Position numbers and translations under genes: made by a program. Positions 25,701-38,242 of a stretch of DNA of 64,000 bases are shown piece by piece. Source of the DNA: Squalus acanthias (lineage: Eukaryota). Positions within the stretch are counted from its first letter, which is position 1, and each line of letters begins with the position of its first letter. The DNA is taken from the NCBI GenBank assembly GCA_030390025.1, contig CM059430.1, positions 62,372,001 through 62,436,000 of the forward strand. Reading direction: 5' to 3'. The notes beneath the pieces were generated by a model that worked only from the letters and a program-made list of their open reading frames with translations, had not been told where the DNA came from and made no database searches.

Positions 25701-26850
25701 AGTTTCTTTTTAAACAATCTTTATGATTATCAATATGAATAAACTATATTAAATACCCTTTTCAGAATATAACAGCAGCTGACCACACTTCTTGGCCTGT
25801 TGCCTTCGTATCTGTCTCGCAATTGGTAACAGTGTGGATGGCAATGGCGGGAGTCCGGAGAGAGGCATGAGCTACCAAACAGGTATAAACAGCCCCGTTC
25901 GGCACAGACTGCGTCTCTTCCAAAAAGCTGGAAACTTCATACAGACCCTCAGTGTTCTTCGTTCAATGTTATTTATTCCAGTGCGGTTTCGAAGCCATTT
26001 TTATACCAAACGAGGGATAAATCGCCCGGGTAAAACTCAACCGGTTCACACACAAGTGTCAGAAACGCAGAGGAATTGATCTCGGATGTCCTGGGGGAAA
26101 TCTTCAATGGAGTTGGGGCAGCTGCGGAACAGAGAATGGAGAAAATCAGGTTACTGGGGAGATAATAAACATAAGATGTGGATGAACAATGGTATCTTCA
26201 GTCGCTCTCTGTTTGTTTGTAACAGGGGTCTGTCTGTCTGTCTCCCAAAGAGAGCCGTGTTTTTGGCGGGAGCGGCGCATTAATAAAAAATATTTTCAGC
26301 CAGTCAGCAATATATTTCGCATTTGTTCCGCAACTTCCATCTTCAGATGTCTGGTGTAAACATTACGTTTTGAGATGAATCTAGTAACATGTTACTTAAT
26401 CTGGTTAATATTGCTGGAATTTTACACAACTCAGCAAATGAAGCGTCATATTATGCCGTATAATTAGTAGTTGTGTGCAGAGTTTCACTGTAAATGTATT
26501 AATATATTGTTTTATAATATCAAAGACGGTGCAATAAAACAATGACAAAACATCATCCTTGTTACATTTGATACATTTGGAAATTCCTGCTCAGTCCGGT
26601 CACTTACCGCTCACAGTTAGATGTGATCCTGTTCCATTTCCAATAATTCTTCCCTGACGGATCACTGCGCAGTGATACATTCCAGAGACCCGGATAGTCG
26701 GGTTCAGTAACTCAAAGACACCAACTGCTTTATCTTTCAGAGTAAATCGTTTTCTGTTCTCGGCTCCACTTTGCAGATATTCATTCTCACCCTGTTTCCA
26801 CCAGCGCACTTCTAGCCCTGAATTTTCAAGGGACCGGGGGACTAAGCACT
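19770..26850 (-). pseudogene. Copy B: pseudogene of the same receptor family
   Basis: V remnant 26850-26608 (5' part, leader and promoter deleted). C1 26121-25812 is 310 nt with two 1-nt deletions and donor GT->AT. TM 23331-23240 plus 21410-21396 is split by a CR1 and has a 7-nt deletion. Exon-5 acceptor AG->AA. ITIM exons decayed as in copy A. Confidence 0.9.
21411..23239 (+). mobile_element. 5'-truncated CR1 inserted in the copy B TM exon
   Basis: RT ORFs 21361-22948 and a (tttctatg) tail. Flanks ttaatctgca | attggcagtg rejoin exactly as in copy A 3421-3440. Confidence 0.93.
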
Positions 26851-27033
26851 ATACAATTGCAGCAAGACATTCTTACTCTTGTACACCAACCCACTTGCAA
26901 TAAAGGCCAACATGCCATTTGCCTTCCTTATTGCTTGCTCTACCTGGTTGCTAGCTTTCTGTATGTTTTGAACGAGGTCACACAAATCGCTCTGAACACC
27001 AACATTTAAAAGTTTCTCACATTTAAATATTCT

Positions 27034-30000
27034 GGGCCCAGAAATTCGGACGGAGGCTTCCCGCGGGCGCAAGCCCCCGATCTGAACTTAAGAAGCGCGC
27101 CTACCGTTAAGATCTGGGCCCGCGCATAATTCCGTTCCTTTGCCTGCTCCAGCTGCCGGTGCGCCCCTGCAATCACGTGGGCCATGGAGAGCCAATCGGA
27201 GCAGGGAATCTCCAGGAAGACCTGTCAATTCTATGAATAGAGATCGGCCACAAAACCGAAGAAAAACTTCAAATAAATTTTAAAAAATCACATTTTTAAA
27301 ATAACTATAAATTACATAAATTAACTACTTTAAACAAAAATGTAAATTTTTGTAAAAAATAATTAAAGTTTTTAACGGGGCTAAACTTACCTTTCTGTAA
27401 AGTATTTAAAAATGATAAACCTGTGGAAAAAATGTTTTACTTTTACTTTCTTCACTTCTTACCTTGTTAAAACCAAGCCTTGCGACTGCTTTTTCCAGGC
27501 GCAGCTGCTTGGGAATTACCCGCACTGCATCAACTGAGAAAAAAACGGAAGTTCGATGCATACGCGCTGCCTCTCCGGCACACGCGGTTGACCTGCGAAC
27601 CCCTTCCTTCAAGAGAACAGAAGTGCAAACTGATGTTCTCGGGGTAATTTTTGATAAAGCAGTTCGGGAGCATTTAAACTAGTATGGCAGGGGGCTAGAA
27701 ACCTATGTAGTGAAATAGAGGAAAGTGAAAGGCAGACAGAAATAAATGGTAAAAGGGTGAGGAACAAAAAACAAAGGGCCAAACTAATTCATAAAAAATG
27801 TGAGCATAAAAAAAGCCTGAGGGTTTTATACCTTAATGCGAGAAGCATCAGGAACAAGGTAGATGAATTAGCTGTGGAAATAGAGGTTAATAATTATGAT
27901 CTAATTGGGATCACGGAAACATGGTTGCAGGGTGAGCAGGGCTGGGAGCTTAACATACAGGGGTATTCAGTATTTAGGAAGGATCGACAAAAAAGAAAGG
28001 GAGGAGGGGTAGCATTGCTGGTAAAAGAGGGGATAAATGCAATTGAAAGGAAGGATATTAACTCAGTTAATACAGAATCTATATGGGTGGAGCTAAGAAA
28101 TAGCGAGGGGCGAAAAACATTATTAGGAGTGGTATATAGGCCTCCAAATAGTAAAATAGAGGTTGGGGAGGGCATCACGAGGGAAATTAGAGAAGCGTGC
28201 AATAAGAGCACAGCTGTCATCATAGGTGACTTTAACTTACATATAGATTGGGCTAGCCTAATCAGTAAAAATAATGAGGAGGAGGAATTCCTTGAGTGTT
28301 TAAGGGATGGTTATCTGGATCAATATGTCGAGGAACCAACTCGGGAACAGGCTATATTGGACTGGGTACTGTGCAATGAGAAGGGACTAATTAGTAATCT
28401 TGTTGTACGGGGACCCTTGGGTCAGAGCGATCATAACATGATCGATTTCTCACTCGAAATGGAGAGCGAAGAAATTGACTCAGAGACTAAGGTCCTGAAT
28501 TTAAACAAGGGGAATTATGATGCCATTAGACGGGAACTGAGTAGGTCTGATTGGACAACGTTCCTGGGAGGACTGGAGGTAGATAAACAATGGCAAGCAT
28601 TTAAAGATAGAATGACTAAAATTGCAAAAATTGTTTATACCAATCTGGCATAAAAGGAAATCTAAAAAGGTGACTCAACAGTGGATAACAGGGGAAATTA
28701 GAGACAGCATAAAATCCAAAGATACGGCGTATAAAATAGCCAAAAAAAGCGCCAGAGCGGAAGATTGGGAACAGTTTAAGATAGAGCAAAGGAGGACAAA
28801 GGGCTTAATCAAGAGGGGCAAAATAGCTTACGAAAGCAAGCTGGCGGAAAATATAAAAACTAACTCCAAAAGCTTTTATAAGTATATCAAGAGGAAAAGA
28901 CTGGTGAAAACCAAAGTTGGTCCATTGCAGTCAGATACGGGGGAATATATAACAGGAAATAAGGAAATGGCAGACCAACTAAATGCATACTTTGGGTCAG
29001 TCTTTACGAAGGAAGACACAAAAAACCTCCCTGGGATATCGGGAAAAATAGGGACATTGGCAAAGGAGGAACTGACGCAAATCAATATCTCTAAGGATAT
29101 GGTGTTGAGGAAGCTAAAGGGATTGAAGGCGGACAAATCCCCAGGGCCTGATAACATGCATCCTAGGGTACTGAAGGAGGTGGCCCTAGAGATAGCGGAT
29201 GCACTAAGTATGATTTTTCAGAATTCATTAGACTCGGGAACAGTGCCCATGGATTGGAGGGTAGCTAACGTTACCCCACTATTCAAAAAGTGGGGTAGGG
29301 AAAAAGCAGGTAATTACAGACCTGTAAGCCTTACATCAGTTGTGGGCAAAATGCTGGAGTCCATCATTAAGGATGAAATAGCGGAGCACTTAGCAAATGG
29401 GGACAGGATAGGACAGAGTCAACATGGATTTACAAAGGGTAAATCGTGCTTGACTAATCTATTGGAATTTTTTGAGGGAGTAACTGGTAAAATAGATGGG
29501 GGAGAGCCAGTAGATGTGGTGTACCTGGACTTCCAAAAGGCCTTCGATAAGGTCCCACATAAAAGATTAGCATGGAAAATTGAAGCTCATGGGATAAAGG
29601 GGAAAGTATTGACGTGGATAGAGAACTGGATGTCAGATAGAAAACAGAGAGTTGGAAGAAACGGCTCATTTTCTGAATGGCAGGCAGTAACAAGTGGGGT
29701 ACCACAGGGATCTGTCCTGGGTCCCCAGCTGTTCACAATTTACATTAATGACCTGGATCAGGGAGTCGGATGCAGCATTTCCAAATTTGCAGACGACAGT
29801 AAACTAGGAGGGGGGGGTGGGCTCAGAGGAGGAGACCAGGAAGCTCCAGAGCGATTTGGGCAGACTGGGTGATTGGGCGGATAAATGGCAGATGCACTAT
29901 AATGTGGACAAGTGCGAAGTTATCCGCCTTGGGTGCAGGAACGGGAGGGCAAATTATTATTTAAATGGCAATAAATTGGGAGAGGGGGAAGTACAGAGAG

Positions 30001-30839
30001 ACCTGGGTGTTCTTGTACACCAGTCACTGAAGGCGAGCATGCAGGTGCAACAGGCGGTCAAGAAGGCAAACGGTATGCTGGCCTTCATAGCAAAAGGGTT
30101 CGAATACAGGAACAGGGATACCTTGCTGCAGCTGTACAGGGCACTGGTGAGACCACACCTCGAGTACCGTGTACAGTTTTGGTCGCCTCATCTGAGGAAA
30201 GATGTTCTTGCCATGGAGGGGGTGCAGCGGCGATTCACCAGGCTGATACCAGGAATGGCGGGATTGACCTATGAGGAGAGACTATGTAGTTTAGGGATGT
30301 ACACACTGGAGTTTAGAAGATTGAGAGGGGACCTCATAGAAGTGTATAAAATTCTGACAGGTCTAGACAGACTAGATGCAGAAGGAATGTTTCCCTTGGC
30401 GGGTGAGAACAGAACTAGAGGACATAATTTAAGGATAAGGGCTAAACCATTTAGGACAGAAATGAGGGGGAATTTCTTCACTCAGAGGGTGGTGAACCTG
30501 TGGAACTCATTGCCACAGAGGGCAGTGTACGCCAGCTCATTAAATATATTTAAGAGGGAATTAGATATATTTCTACAGGCAAAAGGTGTTAAGGGTTACG
30601 GAGAGAAGGCGGGGACGGGATACTGAATTGGAGGATCAGCCATGATCTCATTAAATGGCGGAGCAGGCTCGAAGGGCCGGGTGGCCTACTCCTGCTCCTA
30701 TCTTCTATGTATCTATGTATCTATGTAAGTTCCTGTTTCCAGCGCATGCGCAGTGCATGCGCAAAACCGGCACTTCCATTGGCCAGACGGGTGAGTACAC
30801 AGCGTGTACTCACCCGTTGGGAACGGAATTTCAGGGCCC
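27034..30839 (+). mobile_element. Non-autonomous TIR element (divergent relative of the 740-bp family) hosting a CR1
   Basis: TIRs GGGCCCAGAAATTC / GAATTTCAGGGCCC, 14-bp hairpin at 30787-30817, splits the minus-strand CR1. Confidence 0.8.
27625..30726 (+). mobile_element. Young CR1 LINE: ORF1 C-terminal stub plus full ORF2 (APE-RT) with two frameshifts
   Basis: ORFs 27757..28653 (LYLNARS, TETW, YRPP, GDFN, SDH), 28622..29872 (RT, FADD) and 29817..30626; (tatctatg)n tail; apparent AAGT TSD. Confidence 0.93.
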
Positions 30840-33800
30840 TTATGTTTTCCTATTCTTCCTACCAAAGTGAATAACCTGACATTCCCCTACATTACACACC
30901 ATCTGCCATCTTGCTGCCTACTCACTTAGTCCATCTAAAACCCTTTGCATATTGTTTGTGTTCTCCTCACAGCTTACTGTTTTTGCTAGCTTTGGATCCT
31001 CAGCAAGCTTGGATACATTACACTCGGTCCCTTCATCACGGTCATTAATATAGATTGTAAATGGCTCAAGCCCCAGCAGTGATCCTTGCAGCACACCACT
31101 AGTTACAGCCTACCAACCTTAAATCGTGTATCCCTACTCTCTGCTTTATGTCCGTTAACCAGTCCTCTGTACATGCTATTATATTACCCCAAACCCCATG
31201 AGCCCTTATCTTGTGTAATACCCATGTATGTGTCACCTTACCGAATAACTTTTGAAAATCCAAATATACTACATCCGCTCATTCCCCTTTATCTACCCTG
31301 CTAGTTACATCCTCAAAATACACTAATAAATTTGTGAAAAATGATTTTCCTTGCATAAATCCATTTTGACACTGCCTAATAATGTTATGATTTTCGAAGT
31401 GCCCTGATACCACTTCCTTAACAATGAATTCCAGCATTTTCCATATGACTAGTGTCAGGCTAACTGGCCTATAGTTCCCTGTTTTCTATCTCCCTCTTTT
31501 CTTGAATAGCGGTGTTACATTTCCTACCTTCCAATCCGCTGGGACCATTCTAGAATCTAGAGAATTTTGGAAGATCAAAACAAATGCATCCAATATCTCA
31601 CAGCCAACTCTTTTAGAACCCTAAGATGTAGGCCGTCAGGTCCAGGGGATTTGTCAGCTTTTAGTCCAATTATTTTCTCCAGTACTTTTTATCTACTTAT
31701 ATTAATTAACTTAAGTTCCTCACCTTCATTCTACCCTTGGTTCCCCACCATATTTGGTATGCTTTTTGTCTCTTCTACTGTGAAGGCAGATACAAAATAT
31801 TTGTTTAACGTTTCTGCCATTTTCTTATATAACAATTTCTCCTGTCTCAGCCTCTGAGGGACCAACGTCTACTTTTGCTCCTCACTTCCTTTTTACATAC
31901 TTGTAGAAGCTCTTACAATCTGTTTTCATATTTCTTGCTAGATTTCTCTCATTCTATTTTTTTCAATTTTATCAAATTTTTGGTCATCCTATGCTGGTTT
32001 CTAAAACTCTCCCAATCCTCAGGCTTACTAGTATTCTTCAGAACATTATAAGCTTCTTCTTTCAATCTAATGCTATCATTAACATCTTTAATTAGCCACG
32101 GATGAAACACTTTTCTCGTGGAGTTTGTGTTTCTCAATGGAATGTATTTTTGTTCAGAATTGTGAAATATTTCTTTAAATATTAGCTACTGCTTAGCTAC
32201 TGCCGTACCTTTTAATATTTTTTTCGTATCTATCTTAACCAACATGCCCCTCATACCTATATAATTGGCTTCATTTACGTTTAAGACACTTGTTTCAGAC
32301 ATAGGCAGGCCACTCTCAAACTTAATCCGAAAAAAATATGTTTTTACTTTTTTAAATGTTTACGCTGGTAAAAGCAAACCACCAGTGTTTTCTGCCCCTT
32401 GTTATTCTTTATCGCCACCCATACTGATTCTACTTCCTGATCTTCCGAGCCGAGATCCTTTCTCTCTACTGTCCTTATGTCATCATTTATTCTCAGTGTT
32501 AACACCCCTCACCCTCCTTTTCAATTCTGCATGACTTTTCGAAACTTCAAGTACCCTGGAACATTTAGTTCCGAACCTTGGGCACCTTGCAACCAAGTCA
32601 CTGTAATGGCTATTAGATTAAACCAATTTATCGCTATTTGTGCCATTAGTTCGTCTATCTTGTTGCGAATGCTTCGTGCATTCAGATAAAGAGCCTTTAA
32701 TTTAAATGTTTAACATTATTCCCTGCTTTGAGCTGATTCTCTGCTGCACTGCAACCGTTTAACTCTTTTGCCCTTCCTGTCACACTCTGCTTATTTTAGC
32801 CAAATCGCTACACTGCTCCACCTTGACCTTTCGCTTTAGATTTCTAAATTTCCCCTCACCTGGCCCCTCCCCCCTTTTTTAGTTTAAAGCCCTATCTACA
32901 GCCCTAGTTATTCGATTCACCAGGACGTTGGTCCCAGCCCGGTTTAAGTGTTGCCCATCCCAATGGAACAGCTCCCTCTTTCCCCAGTACTGGTGCCTTT
33001 GCCCCATGAATTCAAACCCCTTCTTCCCACAGCACTGTTTGAGCCACGCATTTAACTGTCTGATCTGCATGACACTATGCCAATTTGTGCGTGGCTCAAG
33101 TAGTAATCCAGAGATTATTACCCTTGTGGTTGTGCTTATTAATTTAGACCCTAGCTCCTCAAACTCGATCCTACCCCTTCCACTCCAGGTTCTTCTCCAG
33201 CCAGGAGAAGATATACTTAACCCTGGCACCGGGGAGGCAACACAGCCTTTGGGACTCTCTTTCGCAGCTGCAGAGAACAGTATCTATCCCCCCGACTATA
33301 CTGCCCCTACCAGTACCACATTCCTTCCTTCTCCCCCTACTTGGAAGGCCACCTGTACCACAGAGCTGAGGTCAGTTTGCCCATCCTCCATGCAGTTCTT
33401 TTCCTCATCCATACAGGTAGCAAGTTGGACAAGGTCAAGGGCCGACGATCCATAGAATACAACAACAAGAAGAATCTGTATTTTATAACGCCTTTAAAAT
33501 AGAATAAAACTTCACAACAGGCATCGCAAAATCAAAAGCAATATGTAACTTAAATTCATGGCCTCGTCCGTTTTATATGTAGGATAAGTGCTGGCCAGCA
33601 ACAGGAAGTGCTGAAATATTCCACAAAATGATGTAACCCTCATCAAAAATGCTTAGTATCCTGTTGGAACTCACATTATCATATGCCACTGGCTCTGCTT
33701 TTAATGTGTAAGACAGCATCACACAATTTTTTAAAGGTTAAATTAAATTTTCTAAAATGCAGTCTATCTCCCATAGTGCAGGGCAAGGCGAATAAAATTG

Positions 33801-34065
33801 GAGTTTAATCATTAGGTGCAGCAGGGTTAGAGGTTGGGTGATACTTGGAACAGTGCATGCAAACTTAGTTTTATATCCATTTAAATTAATACACATTATG
33901 TCCTGTAAATTTCCATATTCATTTCTCTTAAATTTCCTGCTGAACCGTTCGCCTGCAATTGCACCCACTGCCAGAGGCGGCGCTGCAATGCCTCTAATTT
34001 GAGGAGCGCGTACAAAACTTAAAGTAGAAATGGTTAAGTTGACAGGAATAGTGCACTAACATAAT

Positions 34066-34804
34066 GGCCCAGAAATTGATCTCGCTCTGTTCCCGCTGGG
34101 GTAAGGAGCAGGCGCGATCTCTCACTCCGCGTTGGCTTTTTCAGATCCAGCTCGCACGAACTTGATGTTCTAGACATCAGCTGGGCAGTGCTTGCGTATC
34201 CCACCGGCGTAGTGAATTCGTGCGCGCTGTGGGATCACGTGACTCAGTTAGAGCCAATGGCAGCACACCATCTTCCATTCATAAGTTTCACATACGTGCT
34301 GTGAAAGCTATGAATCTTACACACCCCCAAAATAACAGCTAAACCTCAATTAAATAAAAAAAAACCATCACATTAATAAAATAAGTATAGTTAAATAAAT
34401 TAACCATTTTAAATAAAACATTAAATTTTTGAAAAAATTAAAAAATTTTAAGAAGTTATAAAAATAAACTTACCTGTCTTTAAAGTCTCTAAAAAAGATA
34501 TACCTGTTAAAAAAATTCAAAATAATACTTAATTCACTACTTACCTTGTTAAAAGTGGGTCTTACTCCTCCTTTTTTCATTTCTAAAATCTTCCGTCCTT
34601 ACCTGCGCGTCCAAAGCACTAAGTGCACAGCGTGCGCGCAGCCTGTAGCGCGCACGCAGTGCACCGAGGAACCGCCCACTTTTCCAAAAACCAAGTGCCA
34701 GTTTTCAGCGCATGCGCAGTGCATGCAGAAAACCGGCAATTGGAGAGAGAATACGCGAGAGTACACAGTGCGTACTCTCGCGTAGCGGCATCACTTTTTG
34801 GCCC
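34066..34804 (+). mobile_element. 739-bp non-autonomous TIR element, copy 1
   Basis: Ends GGCCCAGAAATTGAT / ATCACTTTTTGGCCC, AAT TSD, empty site in unit 1 near 9855. Confidence 0.88.
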
Positions 34805-36469
34805 AATATATGATATTGATGGAATTCTGCCTTGATTGAACTGCAGCCATAAAGATTAGCTGAGTATAGCTGCATTTAAGGGGCGGCTAGACAAGTGTAT
34901 GAGGGAGAAGGGAATAGAGGGTTATGCTGATAGAGTTAGAGGGGGAAAGATGGGAGGAGGCTTGAGTGGTACATTGAAGCTAGCATGGACTGGTTGGGCC
35001 GAATGGCCTGTTTGTGTGCTGTATATTCTATGTAATTCTATGTAAGGAATCATCTACCTACTTAGGTAGAAGTAATAGATCCCAAGCTATTTTTGAAGAA
35101 TTGCGTGCAGTTCTCCCTGTTTCCTAGTTTCCTTGCTTTAATATGTTCTAAGTAATTCCTCATTGTTGCTGTTTCTACCTTCCTTCTGCACGTTTGATTT
35201 AGGCGTTCTTCAGCATTTCAGTTATCTGTTGCTTTTTAAAAATTAGAACCTTATTTAAAAACATCAGATGTAAGTGTTATACAGCGACGCAATCATCGAG
35301 ATAGCGTGTGTTGGCATTTTCCTACCACAATGGTGGAGTTTTTAATTCCCATAGTCATTAAAATCGACAGTCTGAGAATTCGTTAAGGTCATGGAACTGA
35401 CCAACTCTGTCGTGTTTCTTTCAGTGCTGAGTGCACTTGGTCCAATTATTGACTATGTGGATGAACGGGTGTTGTTAAATATGAGAAACGAAGGTGCAAG
35501 GGTTGTGGTGTAACTCACCATCAACGTTGAAAATTGTTACGGAAAAGACAAGTTAAAGGAGAAATCAGGTGACTAAAGTTTATTTGTAACATTGATAGGT
35601 ATCTGTCCACATTCTACTATGTGGGTTCTGGATACGGAAATGAAAATAAAATGAATATAGGCTGTTACTATAACTCGCCTTTATCTCCGTATAATCATTC
35701 ACACCAAGTGAAATAAAGAGCGGGAAAGAACGATGAGATTAAGAGAGATAAATGAGACGGGAAGAATAAGAAATATATATATAGTTTTAATCTCCAATAG
35801 AAATTAAATTCTGAAGGAATGATACTGCATTCCAGTAAAATTATATTTCCAATGCCAGAGTAGTTGTTTAGCAGTAATTACGATTTATTGCGCCGTTAAA
35901 AATTCTCTTACACCGGAATGAACAGCCGTCACTTTTCTGCCGTGTTTAGATGGTGATTAATGGGTAAGTACAGCAACTTCACGCACTTCATGTATTTTAA
36001 TGCAGTATCTAGCAGAGAGGAACCGGTGTAGCACAGCTTGTGGTGAAGCACGACAAATCCGAAAACAACTGCCAGATATCTGCGTTTAACTGCACATGTG
36101 TGGGCTCCGGAAGTTGTTGTCCGATTATTCCATAATAAAGGAGAGCGCTGATAGCCGCACTGTTATTACAATCGCAAAACCGGGCCATGACAGTTACTTG
36201 TATTCAACATCCACGATCAAAATTTATCTCATGGCCGAAGCGATTTCAAATGAAAGCTAACTCTTGCAAGAAAATGTTGGACACTGTGAACTTGGAGTAT
36301 TTTAAAATACACGGCTGCATTGTGGGAAATATCGTGTTCGGCACGTCTACTGAAACAGAGGTGCTCTGAGAAATGGAAGGAAGGAAGCAGTAATTGCGAC
36401 GAGAACAGTAAAAGAAGTGCTCGTCCGCCCGTAGTTATTCCTGGAGTAAAGTTGTGAGCCTGCAACCAT

Positions 36470-37492
36470 TTGTGGTGGTTGAAGGTTAATCATCAGAGCC
36501 CCAGGACATCGCTGCAGGACTTCTTCAGTGCAGTGTCCTAGGCCCAACTGCTTCATCTATGACCTTTCGTCCAACATAAGGTAGGAATTGGGGATGTTCC
36601 CTGATGACTGCACAGTGTTCAGTGCCATTCACAACTCCTCGGATAATGAAGCAGTCCATGCCCGATTGCAACAAGATCTGGACGACTTCCAGGCTTGGGC
36701 TGATTAGTGGCAGGTAACATTCGCGTCACAGAGCTGCCAAGCAATGACTATCTCCAACAACCGAGATCCTAACCACTGCCCCTTGACATTCAACGGCATT
36801 ACCGTCGCCGAATCCCCGACCATCAACATCCTGGGGGTCGCCAGAAACGTAACTGGACCAGCCACAAAAATATTTTGGCGAAAAGAGCAGTCTAGAGGCT
36901 AGGTATTCTGCACCGAGTGTCTCACTTCCTGACTCCTCAAAGCCATTCCACCATCTACAAGGCACAAATAAGGAGTGTGATGGAATACTCTCTGCTTGCC
37001 TGGATGAGTGCAGCTCCAACAACACTCAAGAAGCTCGACACCATCCAGGACAAAGAAGCCAGCTTGATTGGCAATACATCCACCACCTTAAATATTCACA
37101 CCCTCCACCATAGGCGTACCGTGGCTGCAGTGTGTACCATCTACAAGATGAACTGCAGCAACTCGCCAAGGCTTCTTCAGCAGCGCCTCCCAAACCCACG
37201 ACCTCTTCCACCTAGAAGGAAAAGGGCAGCAGGCGCATGGGAACATGACCACCACCTAGTTCCCCTCAAAGTCACCATCATGACTTCGAAGTATACCGCC
37301 GATTCTTCCACGTCGCTGGGTCAAAATCCTGGAACTTCCTCCCTAACATCACTGTGGGAGTACCATCACCTCACGGACTGCAGCGGTTCAAGAAGGCAGC
37401 TCACCACCACCTTCTCGAGGGCAATTAGGGGTGGACAATAAATGTTGGCCTTGCCAGCGACGCCCACATTCCTTAAAAACGAATTAAAAAAA
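36470..37492 (+). mobile_element. Second LINE family, 3' fragment
   Basis: ORF 36917..37441; tail ggccttgccagcgacgcccacatt..aaaaaaa. Confidence 0.85.
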
Positions 37493-37720
37493 TTTGAACA
37501 CGAAGATATCATATTGCACTTGGGCAATTTAAAGTCGCTAATAACTGACAAATAGCTAAGTTTTTAAGCACAGTAACTAACTACTAATTTATTTAACAGC
37601 ACGCTGAGTCCACCTACTTAATTTATCAAAGCCTCAAGTGATCAATTAGTTCAAGAAATAAACTAACTCATTAATAATGAAATGCCTGTGCTGGCAGTGT
37701 GTCGGGATTTTAGTTTTTGG

Positions 37721-38017
37721 GAGTTTGTGAACAAGGAGACTGTCCAAGAGGAGTTTGTGGACAAGGAGACTGTCCAAGAGGAGTTTGTGACAAGGAGACT
37801 GTCCAAGAGGAGGTTGTGGAAAAGGATGCTGTCCACGAGGAGTTTGTGGACAAGGAGTCTGTCCAACAGGAGTTTGTGGACAAGGAGACTGACCAAGGGG
37901 AGTTTGTGGACAAGAAGACTGTCCAAGAGGAGTTTGTGGACAAGGAGACTGTCGAAGAGGAGTTTGTGGACAAGGAGGCTGTCCAAGAGGAGTTTGTGGA
38001 CAAGGAGGCTGTCCAAC
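37721..38017 (+). repeat. 30-bp minisatellite, 10 units, GAGTTTGTGGACAAGGAGACTGTCCAAGAG
   Basis: Head-to-tail units without spacers; one unit is 29 bp. Confidence 0.95.
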
Positions 38018-38242
38018 ATTGCCACATCTGCTAGAAATGTCCCTTTTTCGAGATCATCTGGCTCAGAGTCATTGCGCTGATCTCAGAGTTAGAGACATTC
38101 TGACACATAAGGGTGGAGGAGAAATTACTAGATTATTTCCGCCAGAGTACAGTGACTCACCAGTGGAAAGTACAGGTGCAGCAAATTGAGAATGAGACTG
38201 TCAATAAGCCAGGTAAGGGGAAAGTAGAGAGGTAGAGATAAA

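Larger units (their letters stand above)
26851..33450 (-). mobile_element. CR1 with ORF1 esterase remnant and ORF2, interrupted by the nested elements at 27034-30839; same insertion as 61417-64000
   Basis: ORF1 C-terminus 32879..33229 (RVIISGLL..WDGQHLN..ALN*), degenerate EN/RT, colinear with 62005-64000. Confidence 0.85.

Noticed and set aside
34546-34785. Recurrent MLKVGLTP.. ORF (also 56929 and 62720)
   Set aside because: Internal to the non-autonomous element, non-ATG start, no transposase motifs.
34066-34804. Helitron/Helentron because of the 3' hairpin
   Set aside because: Terminal inverted repeats and 3-bp TSDs are present, and TC...CTRR ends are absent.
37721-38017. CRISPR-like array or repetitive protein gene
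   Set aside because: No spacers and eukaryotic context; ORFs in several frames are a by-product of a stop-free 30-mer.
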